A stretch of DNA of 64,000 bases from Lama glama (lineage: Eukaryota). The stretch is taken from positions 8,248,001 through 8,312,000 of the forward strand of contig CM052818.1 in the NCBI GenBank assembly GCA_028534125.1, given 5' to 3'. Both the position numbers and the translations under genes were made by a program. The notes under the pieces were generated by a model that had not been told where the DNA came from, made no database searches, and worked only from the letters and a program-made list of their open reading frames with translations. Shown here in pieces: positions 13,742 to 26,531 of the stretch; the first letter of the stretch is position 1, and each line of letters opens with the position of its first letter.

Positions 13742-14611
13742 TTTTTTTTAACATTTTTTACTGAGTTACAGTCATTTTACAATGTTGTATCAAATTCCAG
13801 TGTAGAGCACAATTTTTCAGTTATACATGAACATACATATATTCATTGTCACATTTTTTTNNNNNNNNNNNNNNNNNNNNNNNNNNNNNNNNNNNNNNNN
13901 NNNNNNNNNNNNNNNNNNNNNNNNNNNNNNNNNNNNNNNNNNNNNNNNNNNNNNNNNNNNNNNNNNNNNNNNNNNNNNNNNNNNNNNNNNNNNNNNNNNN
14001 NNNNNNNNNNNNNNNNNNNNNNNNNNNNNNNNNNNNNNNNNNNNNNNNNNNNNNNNNNNNNNNNNNNNNNNNNNNNNNNNNNNNNNNNNNNNNNNNNNNN
14101 NNNNNNNNNNNNNNNNNNNNNNNNNNNNNNNNNNNNNNNNNNNNNNNNNNNNNNNNNNNNNNNNNNNNNNNNNNNNNNNNNNNNNNNNNNNNNNNNNNNN
14201 NNNNNNNNNNNNNNNNNNNNNNNNNNNNNNNNNNNNNNNNNNNNNNNNNNNNNNNNNNNNNNNNNNNNNNNNNNNNNNNNNNNNNNNNNNNNNNNNNNNN
14301 NNNNNNNNNNNNNNNNNNNNNNNNNNNNNNNNNNNNNNNNNNNNNNNNNNNNNNNNNNNNCAGATAATGTTTTGCCTATATTTTCTTCTAGGAGGTTTAT
14401 TGTATCTTGTCTTATGTTTAAGTCTTTGATTCATTTTGAGTTTATTTTTGTGTATGGTGTAAGGGAGTGTTCTAGCTTCACTGATTTACATGCTGCTGTC
14501 CAGTTTTCCCAACACCATTTGCTGAAGAGACTGTCTTTATTCCACTGTATACTCTTGCCCCCTTTGTCGAAGATCAGTTGACCAAAAGTTTGTGGGTTCA
14601 TTTCCCACAAA
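13742..14611 (-). mobile_element. Young 5'-truncated L1 nested in the older L1 (spans gap)
   Basis: Perfect 17-bp TSD tgatttttgccatttta at 13725-13741 and 14612-14628; T-tail at left; near-identical to the L1 at 38859-40834. Confidence 0.9.
13861..14360. other. Assembly gap (500 N)
   Basis: N run. Confidence 1.
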
Positions 14612-17600
14612 TGATTTTTGCCATTTTAATTTCAGTGTGTCTTGGTGTGTTCCTCTCTGAGTTGATCATGTTTGAGGCTCTCTGTGCTTCCTAGACTTGG
14701 ATATCCATTTCTTTTCCCTGATTAGGGAAGTTTTCAGCTATTATGTCTTTAAATGTGTTCTCTGCCCCTTTCTCTCTTCTTCTGAGACCACTATAATGCA
14801 AATGTTAATATGCTTGATGTTGTCCCAGAGGTCTCTTAAATTGTCCTCATTTCATTATTTTTTCTTTTTCTGTTCAGTGTCAGTGATTTCCACTGTTCTC
14901 TCTTTCAACTTGCTGATCCGTTCCTCTATATCATTTAGTCTACTACTGATTACTTCTAGTGTATTTTCAACTTCAGTAATTGTATTCTTCATCTGTTTTG
15001 TTGTTCTTTGTATTTTTCAACTCTGTCAAAAAATTCTAACTTCTCACTTTGTGCACCTATTCTTCTCCCAAGTTCTTTGATCATCTTTATGATCATTATA
15101 CTTAACTCTTCCTCAGAGAGATTGCCTATCTCCACTTTGCTTAGTTCTTCTTTTGGGGTTTTGTCTTATTTCTTCATTTGGAACATGCTCTTCTGTCACC
15201 TCATTTTCCCTAACTTGCTGTTTTATTTCTATGCATCTGATAGGTTGATTACATTCCCCATCCTTGGAGAAATGGCTTTCCCTATCCTGGAGAAGTGGCC
15301 TTTTGTAGGCAATGTCCTATGTGTCCAAGAAGTGCACTTCCTTCTCATCATCAGAGCTGTGTGCTTAAGGGTGCCCCCTATGTGAGCTGCATGAGTCCTT
15401 CTACTGTGGTGGGCTGAGTACTGTGGGCTGTTTGGTCCACTTCACTGGCCCCTAGTCCAGTTGGTTGACTGCCCTTGGCTTATGCAGAGGGTGCTAGCCA
15501 TTGGTAAGTGGGGCTGGGTCACAAGGCAGCTGGCTATAGAACCACAGGGGGCCCCAGGGCTGGCTCCCTGGTGGGCAAAGTCTGGCTCCAGAAGTCCGGC
15601 TCCAGAAGATCCCAGGGCTGGTGCCTTCCCACCAGAGAGTGAAACCAGGTCATGGAGCTAGTACTGGCCCACTGGTGGGGAGAGCTAGATCCTGGAGTCT
15701 GGCTGGAGGGCCCCAGGGTCCCGAGCTGGTTTCTGACCACTGGTGGGTAGGGCCTGTTCCTGATAGCTGGTTGCAGGGCCCTAGGTATCCTGAAGCTTGG
15801 GATGGCCTGCTGGTGGGCAGGCTGGTTCCACAGGCTGATTGACTGCCATTGTCCTTAGGCTAGTGTTTGCCCGCTGGTGGGTGAGGTTGGTTCCCAGGGT
15901 CTCTGGTTGCAGGACCCTGGGGGTCCTGGATCTTGTGCCTGCACACTGATGTATGGGGCTGAGTCCAAGGCCCTTTGATAGGCAGGGCCATGTTCAGGGG
16001 CAGCTGTACGGTTAGGGGGTCTTAAGGCAGCCTGTCTGCTCGTGAATAGGGGGGCTATCTCCTCACCCAGTTATTAGTTGCTTGGCCTGAGGCATTCCAG
16101 TACTGGTACCTAAAGGCTGTTGGGCAGAGGCAAAGCTGGGCCCTGAGGCTAATACAGTAGAGTGAGGATTCCAAAATGGTGCTTGCCAGCACCTGTGTCC
16201 ACGTGGTGGAAAGCCCCAAAACGGCTGCCACCAGTGTCTTTGTCCCCACAGTGAGCTGCAGTTACCTCCTGCCTCTCTGGGAGAGTAAAATCAGCAGGTT
16301 GGTCTGATTCAGGCTGCTTTCAGATTACTGCTTCTGCTCTGGGTCCCAGAGTGTGTAAAATTTTGAATGTGCCCATTTAGAGTCTCTATTTCCCATAGCC
16401 CTCTGGGTCTCCTGAAAGTAAGCCCTATTGGCCTTCAAAGACAAACATTCTGGGAGCCTGTCTTCCTGACACAGGATCCCTGGACTGGGGAGCCCAATGT
16501 GGGGCTCATTCCCTTCACTCCTTTGGGACAACCTATTCAATTGTAATCATTTGCCTATTTGTGTGTCACCCACCCAGAGGGTATAGGACTTGACTATACT
16601 GCAACTCCACTCCTCCTACCCATCTCATTGTGGTCTCTCTTTATATCTTTAGTTGTAGAACATCTTTTTTGGTAGGTTGTGGTTTTTTCATTGATTGTTC
16701 TGTAAATATTTGCAATTGTGCTTTGCCTATGAGAGGAGCTGAGCTCATGGTCTTTCTACTTTGCTATCTTGCCCAGTCTCCTGCTGCCATACACTTCTTT
16801 ATACCTATTTCCTATTCTGTAAAATGGAAATAATTACATTTAATAACATCATAGGATTGCTATATTAAATTAGGTCATGTAAACAGATTTTGGTAACTCT
16901 AAAACACTGTTCATTATTTTTGTTATTATTGACTTAATTATTTTAAGTATGCAAATAGGAAATTCTCCTGGATAGAAATATTTTTCTAGTACCGGATTCA
17001 CACTCAAAAATTGTGCTAGAAAACTGAAAAACAAACTAAACATGTCTTCGAATAGGATTTTGAAAAAGACAAAAATCCTAATCACATGTTTTTATTATAA
17101 ATCTTCTATTAAAGCTGAGGGAATTATATTGAATAATAATTCAGCAAAGGCAGTTCTGTGGAAAAGTGAGATGGCATGTTCTAAGTACATTCCTTTCTGA
17201 TGGTTTACTTAACACAGAGGAAGTTTGAAAGTTAGCTTGTCTACTAACCTGTATCTCATTGATATCAGAAGCCTCAAGCCAACTTTTGGCAAGTGCTAGA
17301 CTGTAGTCATTGAGATCTCATTTTCTGGAAAGAACATAAAACATCAAAACTCTGAAATATTGATTAAGAAGAAATTCCTCTGAGATACCAAATAAGCAAG
17401 AAGCAGAGTTAATATTCAATAGTGAAACTTGAGTAACTTGACTTTATCAGGAAAGCATCTCCTGTTGTGAAGAGGTGAACTACGGCATCCCTCAAATGAC
17501 AGAAATATGCAATCGTAGGAGTTAGTCACAAAGCAGCCTGTGGAACACGTTATTTGTTAATATATCAAAAATGGGGGGAAAGCACTTTGAGGAAAACAAG

Positions 17601-19424
17601 AACTAAATTCTTATTCCAGCTCTTCTTCTAAATGAGTGACTTTGGACAAAATACCTATATACCCACCCCACCATGAGGCTTAGTTTCTTTATCTGAAAAT
17701 GAAAGAGTTTCAGATTAGAAAACTTCAAGTTTTCTTCAATCTCTAAGATAGTGTACTTCTTGGATTTAATTACTATTGAACCAAATCAGAAACTTTATGA
17801 GAGACCATTAGTAACACAGAGGAAATCTAACATAAAATAATGAGATGATCACTTAGTGTGGTTTTTTTTTTAAGTTATTTGTATTAATTAAGTGAGCAAC
17901 AGGTCAAAATCCAGTCTGCAACAAAGCAAACCTCAACTTGTCTGCAGAATTTACTTATGAAAGTCTGTGTACATTTAAAAGAAAAGTGACCTGTTATCAC
18001 CCAACATTAGGTAACAGCAGTAGGGTGTGGCTCAGAAAATGCACTTAACTCTATGTAGAAATCAAATGAGGGAATTGGGAAAACCCTTGTGCTGTAGTAA
18101 ATTATTATAGGAATTAACATGTAACATTCAGTCAAGGGTGAACATGATTTCAGCACATAATACAATGAAGATCAACCTCCACTGAAACCATGACTTCCTA
18201 TTACCAAATTCACTTCCTCCCAAACTAGGACAGAAACAGAGGAAAACTACTAAGTGTTTATCCAGAAGCCTAAACTTTCATAAGCTTTGTTTTAATAATT
18301 CTACTTCTACAGCTCTATACTAAGGGAATAATCCTAAACATAGGAAAAAACTCATGCCTAAGAATGTCTATCATAGGGTTACTTATATAAAAGAAGAAAC
18401 TGGGAACAATATAAAATTAACTGAAAGAAAAAAAAAAGAAATGGTTAAGTAAAGCTACAGTATTTAATGGAACAAAATTTAGCCATTAAAAACAGACTTT
18501 GTGGGAGCATTGAAAAGTGTTGAAAGTGAGGCCAAAAAACCCCAAAACCAAATATATATAGAATTGCACATATAATATGCTTTCAGCTGTGTTTAAGAAA
18601 TAAATAAAGCATATATGTGAAAAAAAAGTGACTGGAAGCAAATACACATTTAACCAGTTTTATATGACTAGTGGGACTGTGGGTAATTTAATACTTTTCT
18701 GTGTTCCAAATTTGATTTAATTAATGCACTTTATTTTTAATAATTAAATAACTGAATATACAAAATACACTGTTGCATTACTCATCAAAATATTCCTCTA
18801 AGGAAAATAAATATATTCTTCTAAGGTAAAAAGGGTACAAGTTAAGGTTTTTAGCATGGAACACACTGTCGTGGAAACCCTGGAAATATTCAGAAGTAAG
18901 TCTTTCAAAAATAGGATAGATTTTTTAAAAATATTTTTCTTTGAAGGATTTCCTTTAAGTCCTGGGAGATCACTGAGAAATTAATTCTATGACTCCTATT
19001 TTTTAAAATGTAAGTTCTAACATAAGACAAGTTTTAAGGCCTAGGTAGAAGGCACTACAGAACATCAAGAATATGGCTGAACCAGGTACTTCCTGGATAT
19101 GCAGTCTGGCATTCCAGAAACAATTATAACCAGATATTAGGGAAATAAAATAATTTATCTAGGATCTCTGCCAGTTAGTGAATAAGACCAAAAGATAATA
19201 ATCCGGGTTTTTTGACCATTCTAGCAGCATAGAAAATAAACTTTGATATAGTAGCTTATAAACCAAGAGTTGGAGCTTAATGTTCATTAAAATGTCAGTG
19301 CTTAAAATGTTTTTTGTTTTTAAATTGAAAGCTACCTAAAACCCCTGTACTTGCCAGCACACACACAAGCCCCAGGCAATATTAAATTACTCATTCTTCC
19401 TATTACTTGTTTTTCCAGGTTGGG

Positions 19425-19485
19425 GTGTGCGTGTGTGCGCGCGCGTGTGCGTGCGTGCGTGCGTGCATGTGTGTGTGTGTGTGTA
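19425..19485. repeat. (GT)/(GC) alternating purine-pyrimidine microsatellite
   Basis: gtgtgcgtgtgtgcgcgcgcgtgtgcgtgcgtgcgtgcgtgcatgtgtgt... Confidence 0.95.
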
Positions 19486-20451
19486 AATCAGGATCCACAG
19501 GCATATGCACTTATACATGTTTTCCTTACTTGCCAGCCCCACACTTGTTTTTGAGACATGACTACTTAAAATGGTGTAAGGCTATGACCTTCTGAAAGGC
19601 TTCTCCTAGTAAAAAGAACTTTAAAGATATAACTTACAGAATAAATTTAAAATAATTTCAGTAAGAGAAATGTCTCCAACTGTGACATGTTAGTTTAAGT
19701 ATTAACTATCATGCCTATTCTCTATACCTTTCCCCTTTACCATTTCAACTCCAAGTTATCTCCAAACTTTCAAAAATATCCCCACTGTATTGATTTTTCT
19801 AATAAAATCACTCACCTTTAATTTAACGTTTAAACGTCCTCCAATTTCAGAATCCTATTATAAAATCCTTTGTTTGTCTATACTTGACAGGGTTGGTGGG
19901 GAGGTGCGAAATAAAGTAAGAAAAATAAATGGGAAATGGATGAAATTTTTGTTAGTATCCCTTTGCAGCTTCATAAAATTTTATGAAGGGCTTGTAGAAG
20001 CATGATCTTTTCTACAGACTACTACCTCAAGAGCCACTATCAAATACTTAGTAAAACATCACAATTAAGAAATATTGAGACCTTTGAGAACAAACAGTAC
20101 TGTAAAATCAAATAGGTGGAATCACAAATGATGACCCACAGTTTGCAACACTTCACTGTCAGAGCCTTCAGGTGCTTCCACATTTCAACTAACATCTTGA
20201 CCTCCCTTCTTTACCTTTTTATGCTTCCAAATTGTTTCTCTTCACTGATTTTTATGAACACTATATCAAAATTTTAAGAATAAGATAAATATACAGTTCT
20301 CTTGTTTACATATATACAATTCACTTTAAACTTTTAAAATTTTGTTTCATAGTTTTTAAATAAGTTAATAATATTAAGGATATAAATATTAAGTTAATTT
20401 TTTAACTCTGCTTGAACATGATTGTAATTATTTTTATTTGTTTACTTTCAG

Positions 20452-20502
20452 GAAATTGGAGATGGTGGTTCTCTCAGAATGGTTCACTTTGGTTTGGTAT
20501 AA
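20452..20502 (+). CDS. WDPCP: WDPCP terminal coding exon (EIGDGGSLRMVHFGLV*)
   Basis: Acceptor tttgtttactttcag|GAA. Translation matches the recalled WDPCP/Fritz C-terminus (DGGSLxMxHFGLV) and ends in TAA at 20500-20502. Confidence 0.9.
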   Translation, partial: EIGDGGSLRMVHFGLV

Positions 20503-20934
20503 ATAATAAGAAACTTGTTTCTCACTTTAAAAAGAAACCCACATTTTTCACATCTAAACTTTTCATGGCCTGATGTAGTTAAAATCTCTGTATGGATTAA
20601 AAAGAGGAAAAACAATATGAATTAGGTAAAACATTAAAATTCAGAGTGTTTTCAAAGCACAGCTTTATTTGGTTCAAAAAATATGCAGCATAACACCAAA
20701 GTCACCCTAAGTAGAAGTCTTTAACTTATTTTCAATAATGTAAAAATTTTGAAGTTTCTTAAATTGTACAATTATTAGGTGATTCAAAAGTAGAGTATTT
20801 AAACTTGGTTCTTCCAAGTATTTTAAACAGCTCTTGTGATACTATTTACATTATTAACTTACATGATGAACAAAATATTTACTAAGCAAAAAGCCCAGTC
20901 CCACTGTTTTCCAAGGGTCTCTTGAATTATTGAT

Positions 20935-21297
20935 ATGAGGCACTGACTGCTACTTGGAACACAGATACCATCTTCCTCTGGAGCAAAGGGCAAGCATGCT
21001 TACTGCCCATTAAATAAGATTTGAATTCCCTAAGCTCAGTGTTTCTATCCTTTACACAGCCCACTGAGTGTGGAGGTGTCACCTGTCCCTCTTCACATCA
21101 CTCTGTGGTAATGGGGCTCAGGAAATCAATGCCCCCCCCAAAAAGTTGATACTCTAGCTTCTATTGTTTTAAGTAATTAACTCTCTTTTGTCTCTGACCC
21201 AGGAGTTCCGTGTCTTCTACCTGCATGAAACTGTAGTTTAGTAACTTTTTCGCTTACAAATAGGGTAAAAATCTCAGACCATTCACAGTTCTTGGCA
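20935..21297 (+). mobile_element. LTR remnant (ERV-class, family uncertain)
   Basis: 3' end tttgtctctgacccaggagt..gggtaaaaatctcagaccattcacagttcttggca resembles a recalled MER-type LTR terminus. Confidence 0.55.
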
Positions 21298-22621
21298 CCC
21301 ATTCATTAGCAGGTAGGACATATTTTATAATTGTAAATGTCTATAATAATCAAAATTTCCAAATATTGTACATGAGGTAAATTATATATTTAAATCTTAT
21401 AGTTAAAAGTTAATTAGATTGAATTAGTTTATACTTCAGATTTTTCTCCCTACTTCCTATTCATCTGTACCTTTATGAGAGGGTATGATAAATAAAGGTG
21501 AAACTCAAATTAGCTTTTTCAATGTGCTACTGCCCTAGAAAAGTTTTAGTGATACATCATACCTGAGCCATATTAAAAAGAGATGGAAAGTTACCAGTGA
21601 ATTTTTCTTTTACTATTCTTTTCTTTATCACAATAATCAAAAGTTAACTAAATTTTTAAGGAAAAATTACACTGAGAAAGATATTGTTCTGCCAAGATTG
21701 CAATAGTTTCTCCAGATTTTCTAGTAAACAGTCATTACCCAGAAATACCAAACACATTTTCCAATCTACCATATCCTTTTGTTCATTTAACCACTGTCCT
21801 CAATGACAGAGAGACTGGTAGAAAAGTTCAAGTACTATTTCTAGGTCCTTGGTGAGTAGACCACAGTCTATGCTAAAGAGTAAAAATTCTAATGAAATGT
21901 TAAGATAAAATATGGATATAAATAAAACTATTTTGTTCTATATAATGATGATGATGTTGATGATAGGTTTGCCAATTATCTAGGTGAAAATTAAACAAAA
22001 CTTAGTTCTTAGATAAACAGCCTATCTTCCCCACTTCACAAGCTTCTGGAAAAATTAACTCAAATATATAGAAAACCAAGTTTAGACAGTAGAAATACAT
22101 TATACATGATATATTCAACAATGTCCATGACTTATAAATGTTGTGCTTTCCAAATGTTATGCAGCTGGGGATGTTTATTAATTGTTCCAATAAATTGATA
22201 TTTCTGCTCTGCTACAGACTGAAAGGATTATGAATGAGCCTCCACAGCTCTAAAGTGAGAATAGTGGCACTGACAAGAACAGCTAGGTAGCATCAGCACT
22301 AGGACTGACAGGCTCATACTTTCTCCTTCAGGAATAGATCCATGAGCTTTTTCAATTTTTCTCCAACATTCTCAGATCCCAAAAATTTTCCACAATAATT
22401 CATATTAGTTATGACACTGTGCCTGATTACCAGAATAAACTGTGTTTGGAACACCTGTATCTAAATGGTTTGGGTTCACTAAAAAGCCAAATAACTAAAA
22501 CATATACTGTATTTTCTTATCAAGTATCTACATGTCAGTAAAGACAAGAACTATCAAATTTTACAAATGATGTTATATTCTAAAATTCTATCAACTATAT
22601 TACTTTAAAATAAAGTATGTA

Positions 22622-23941
22622 CAGACATATAGGCCAATGGAATAGAACAGAGAGCCCAGATATAAACCCTCACAGATATAATCAAGTGATTTTCAACAAG
22701 AATGTGAAACCCATTAAATGGGGAAAGAGCAGTCTTTTCAACTACTAGTGTTGGGAAAAGTGGATATCCACATGCCAAAGAATGAAGGTGGACCCTTACC
22801 TCACACCATATATAAAAGTTAACTCAAAATAGATCTAAGACCTAAATGTAAGACCCAATTTATATAAAACTCTCAGAAAAAACATGAGGAAAAGCTTCAT
22901 GACATTGGATTTGGCAATAATTTCTTGGACGTGATGCCAAAAGTACAGGCAACAAAGGTAAAAATAAATTAGCTGGACTACATTAAAATTTAAAATTTTT
23001 GTTCATCAAAGGACATTTTCAACAGAGTGTAAAAGCAACCTATGGAATGTGAGAAAATATCTGCAAATTGTATATCTGATAAGAATTCCTATCCTACAAC
23101 AACAAAAGACAACTCAATTCAAAAACATGCAAAGAACTTTAAATAGACATTTCTCCAAAGAATATATAGAAATGGCCAATAATCACATGAAAAGATACTC
23201 AACATCACTAATCATTAGGGAAATGCAAGTCAAAACCATAATGAGATATCACTTCACCACATTAGGAAGGTTATTAAGAAAAAAGAAAGTGTTAGCAAGA
23301 ATATGGAAAAATTGGAATCTGTGTGACTGCTGGCAAGAATGTAAAATGGTGTAGCCACAATGAAAGACAGTATAGTGTGTCCTAAGAAAAATTAAAAACA
23401 GAATTACTATATGCCCCAGCAATTCCATTTCTGGTATATACACAAAAGAACGGAAAGTATAGATTCAAATATCTGTACATCCCTGTTCGTAGCAGCATTG
23501 TTCACAAAAGCTGAAAGGTGGAAGCAACACAAATGTCCAAAGGATGAACAAATAAACAAAATGTGTAATATACATACAAAAGAATATTCAGTCTTAATAC
23601 AGAAAGATATTCTGATATAAGCTTACAGTATGGATGAATCTTGAGGACATTATGCTAAGTGAAAGAAGCCAGTCACAAAAAGACAAATACTGTGTGATTT
23701 CACTTTTATGAGGTATCTACAGTAGTCAAAATCATAGAAACAGAAAGTAGAATGGTGGTTGCCATTCTGCCAGGATGTTGGGGAAATTGAGAGGAGTATT
23801 TAATGTTACAGAGTTTCAGTTTCGCAGGATAAAGTTCTGGAGATTGGCTGTACAATAACGTGAATATACTTAATACTACTGAACTATACACTTAAAAAGG
23901 GTTAAGATGATATATTTTATGTGTATTTTAGCACAATTTTA
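22622..23941 (+). mobile_element. 5'-truncated L1 (L1MA/MB-like)
   Basis: ORF2 C-terminal motifs (caatggaatagaacagagagcccaga; LNRHFSKE) plus 3' UTR; TSD aaagtatgta at 22612-22621 and 23942-23951. Confidence 0.88.
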
Positions 23942-24849
23942 AAAGTATGTAACATAGTTTTATCTTATAATATGACCTTAAAGGCTCAGGCTCTGAAAGA
24001 AGTACATTGAGATCTGCTATCTCCTTTTAAAAACTCCAAAAAAGATCTAATTTTCAGAAGTAGCAAGATTTTCCCATATTTTAAATAACACAACTATAAT
24101 CCTAGTTAAATATCACCAATTTTCTTTTTCAAAATGTCACGGAGCCTTTTTTTTTAATAATTATATAACTAGTCAAGAATCATAGAATCCATCCTACATA
24201 AAATAACTTATCCACTGCCCTTCTTTGCTGAATTGCAGCCATATTTCTGTCAGTTTAAGTGATGACCTATGTATGAGGGATTCATCTGACACAAGACAGT
24301 GAAGCTTAATCCTTACCAGTATATCACAATCTGTTTATTCGTATCTAAAAGGAATTCAGATTTTTAAATTATACAGGAAGTGATGATAAAATGTAAATAG
24401 ATCAAAAATGGTTTCCCTAAAATATTAGGCTTTAACATGTATGACATGCAGGAACTTATTTCAAAATGTTAAATGTCAAAAAATGTCTATATAACACGAA
24501 TGGACCTCCTCATTTGAAGATGTCAAATAAATGTCGTATTTAATTTTAAGAGGTGAATTAAAGTCTTCATTTGATAACATTTAATATAAAAAATTAAACC
24601 TTAAATACAAAGATTCATTCTATCTAGAAGTCAGCATATTCTCATTCTGTGATCATTTAATGAAGTTACTACTATCAAGAGAGGAGAGCTGTGCTCACAT
24701 GCTTACGTAATTCACAGGTAGAGTGAAAGACATCGTCAGACTAAAAAGAAGATCCCCCTTTTTTTAACTCTGTAATTATTCACATTAAGTATAAAAAAAT
24801 AATCCACGACATATACAAGAGAGGCCAAAAATGTTTTCTTTGAAAACCT

Positions 24850-25285
24850 GCCCTGCTGTAACCCAGTAAGAACATGTTCTTTGTGTCATTTGACCCTGTG
24901 CCCTCAATCCCAACCATACCTCCAGAACACAACTGATTGAAGCAATTTATTGCTCTCTCCTGGGGATCAGGAATTAGACCATGGACACAAAATTGTGGGA
25001 AGAGTCAGAAGTCATGTAGACTCTAGGTCTTAGGCTATCATTTTGAGATGGTCATGATAAAGCCATGTGCAGATGAATGTGTGAGGAGGAAAGTCAATTT
25101 ATAATGAGAAGAGAGAAGCAAGCATGCAGAGAAATGTCAACAAGACTGCTGGTTCCAGAGAACTGTTTCCTGTAGACTGCCAACAATTGAATGAAATGAA
25201 ATGTCCTTTTAAGATATCAACTCTCCTTACCCTTTTACTTGAAGCTTTTTGAATGGCTTTCTGCTGTTACAACCAAACATTCCTT
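24850..25285 (+). mobile_element. MaLR (MLT1-type) LTR remnant
   Basis: Ends cccttttacttgaagc..gaatggctttctgctgttacaaccaaa, typical of an MLT1 3' end. Confidence 0.5.
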
Positions 25286-25758
25286 GATTATGACAGTGAT
25301 TCACAAAACATTTCATACACAGAGTTTTACAAAGTAATTAAGGACTTGAAACATGACAGAATGAAGAAACAAGCACACTCTTTCATATTTCCTTTAAAAT
25401 ATCTGAGAACTGATGCTTTTCCAAATGTGAGAAGTATGAGAGAAATGGTACTATTAAATAGGTATCCCTTTGCAATCTGCAGGAGACACTCAAGCTGTGA
25501 AGTTTCCTCAGCTCAGAAGACACTTTCCATCCTTATTCTTACAGGATGTTAATGTCAAGATTTGAGTATCTACTTATCTCCTCCATTTTTGTTCAATTTT
25601 ATTTTTTAAATATCTTAATCTTACATTATTTTGCTCTTTTTATCATCTGAAGATACTTCATCACTATATTAATCTTTTACTTTCTGGTTTTAATTGGTTT
25701 ACTCCATATTGATTATTAGCTTATACTGTTGTCACAATATTTTTGTATCTTTTCACTT

Positions 25759-26531
25759 TTAATTAAAATATAGTTGATTTACAACATTGTATTAGTTTCA
25801 GGTGTACAACACAGTGATTCAATATTTTTATAATTATATTCCATTTAAAGTTATTACAAAACATTGGCTATATTCCCTGTGCTGTACAATATATCTCTGT
25901 GTCTTATTTTATATATAGTGGTCTGTATCTCTTAATCCCCTACCCATGTTTTGCCCCTCTCCCATTCTTCTCCTCACTGGTAACCACGAGTTTGTTCTCT
26001 ATAACTGTGAGTCTTTTTTCTGTTTTGTTATACTCACTAGTTTGTTTTATTTTTTAGATTCCACATATAAGTGACAACATACAGTATTTCTTTCTTTGTC
26101 TTATTTCACTAAGCATAATAACCTCTATGTCCATCCATACTGCTGCAAATGGCAAATTTTTATTCTTTTTTATAGCTGAGTAATATTCCATTGTTTATAC
26201 CATGTCTTCTTTATCCATTCATCTGTTGATGGACACTTAGGCTGCTTCAGTATCTTGGCTACTGTAAATAATGCTGCTATGAACACTGGGATACATACAT
26301 CATTTTGAATTAGTGTTTTTATTTTCTTCTGATATATTTACAGGAGTGGGATTGCCGGATCATGCGGTATTTTTATTTTTAGTTTTTCAAGAAACCACCC
26401 CCACATACAGTGGTGGTACCAATTTATATTCCCACCAACAGTGTATAAGGGTTCCCTTTTTTCCACATCCTTGTCAACATTTGTTATTTGTGGTCTTCTT
26501 GACCTTAGCCATTCTGATGGTATGAGATTGC
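25759..26531 (-). mobile_element. 5'-truncated L1 3' end
   Basis: Reverse complement of the 5366-6476 type sequence; 13-bp TSD tatcttttcactt at 25746-25758 and 26532-26544. Confidence 0.9.

Larger units (their letters stand above)
10261..16783 (-). mobile_element. Long, internally deleted L1 (GC-rich 5' UTR about 15250-16783, ORF1 and ORF2 remnants) inserted into a MIR
   Basis: ORF2 RT fragments in ORFs 12819-13139 (KSPGPDGFTGEFYQ) and 12256-12477. Degenerate TSD ctgccaYacacttYtt at 10250-10265 and 16784-16799. MIR halves on both flanks. Confidence 0.85.

Noticed and set aside
13658..14581. Long ORFs of 173-307 aa (also 40037-40648)
   Set aside because: Artefacts of translating through N gaps inside L1.
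21300..25700. DBIL5-like pseudogene, recalled near the WDPCP 3' end in human
   Set aside because: No acyl-CoA-binding-protein-like sequence recognised by eye; a TBLASTN search would settle it.
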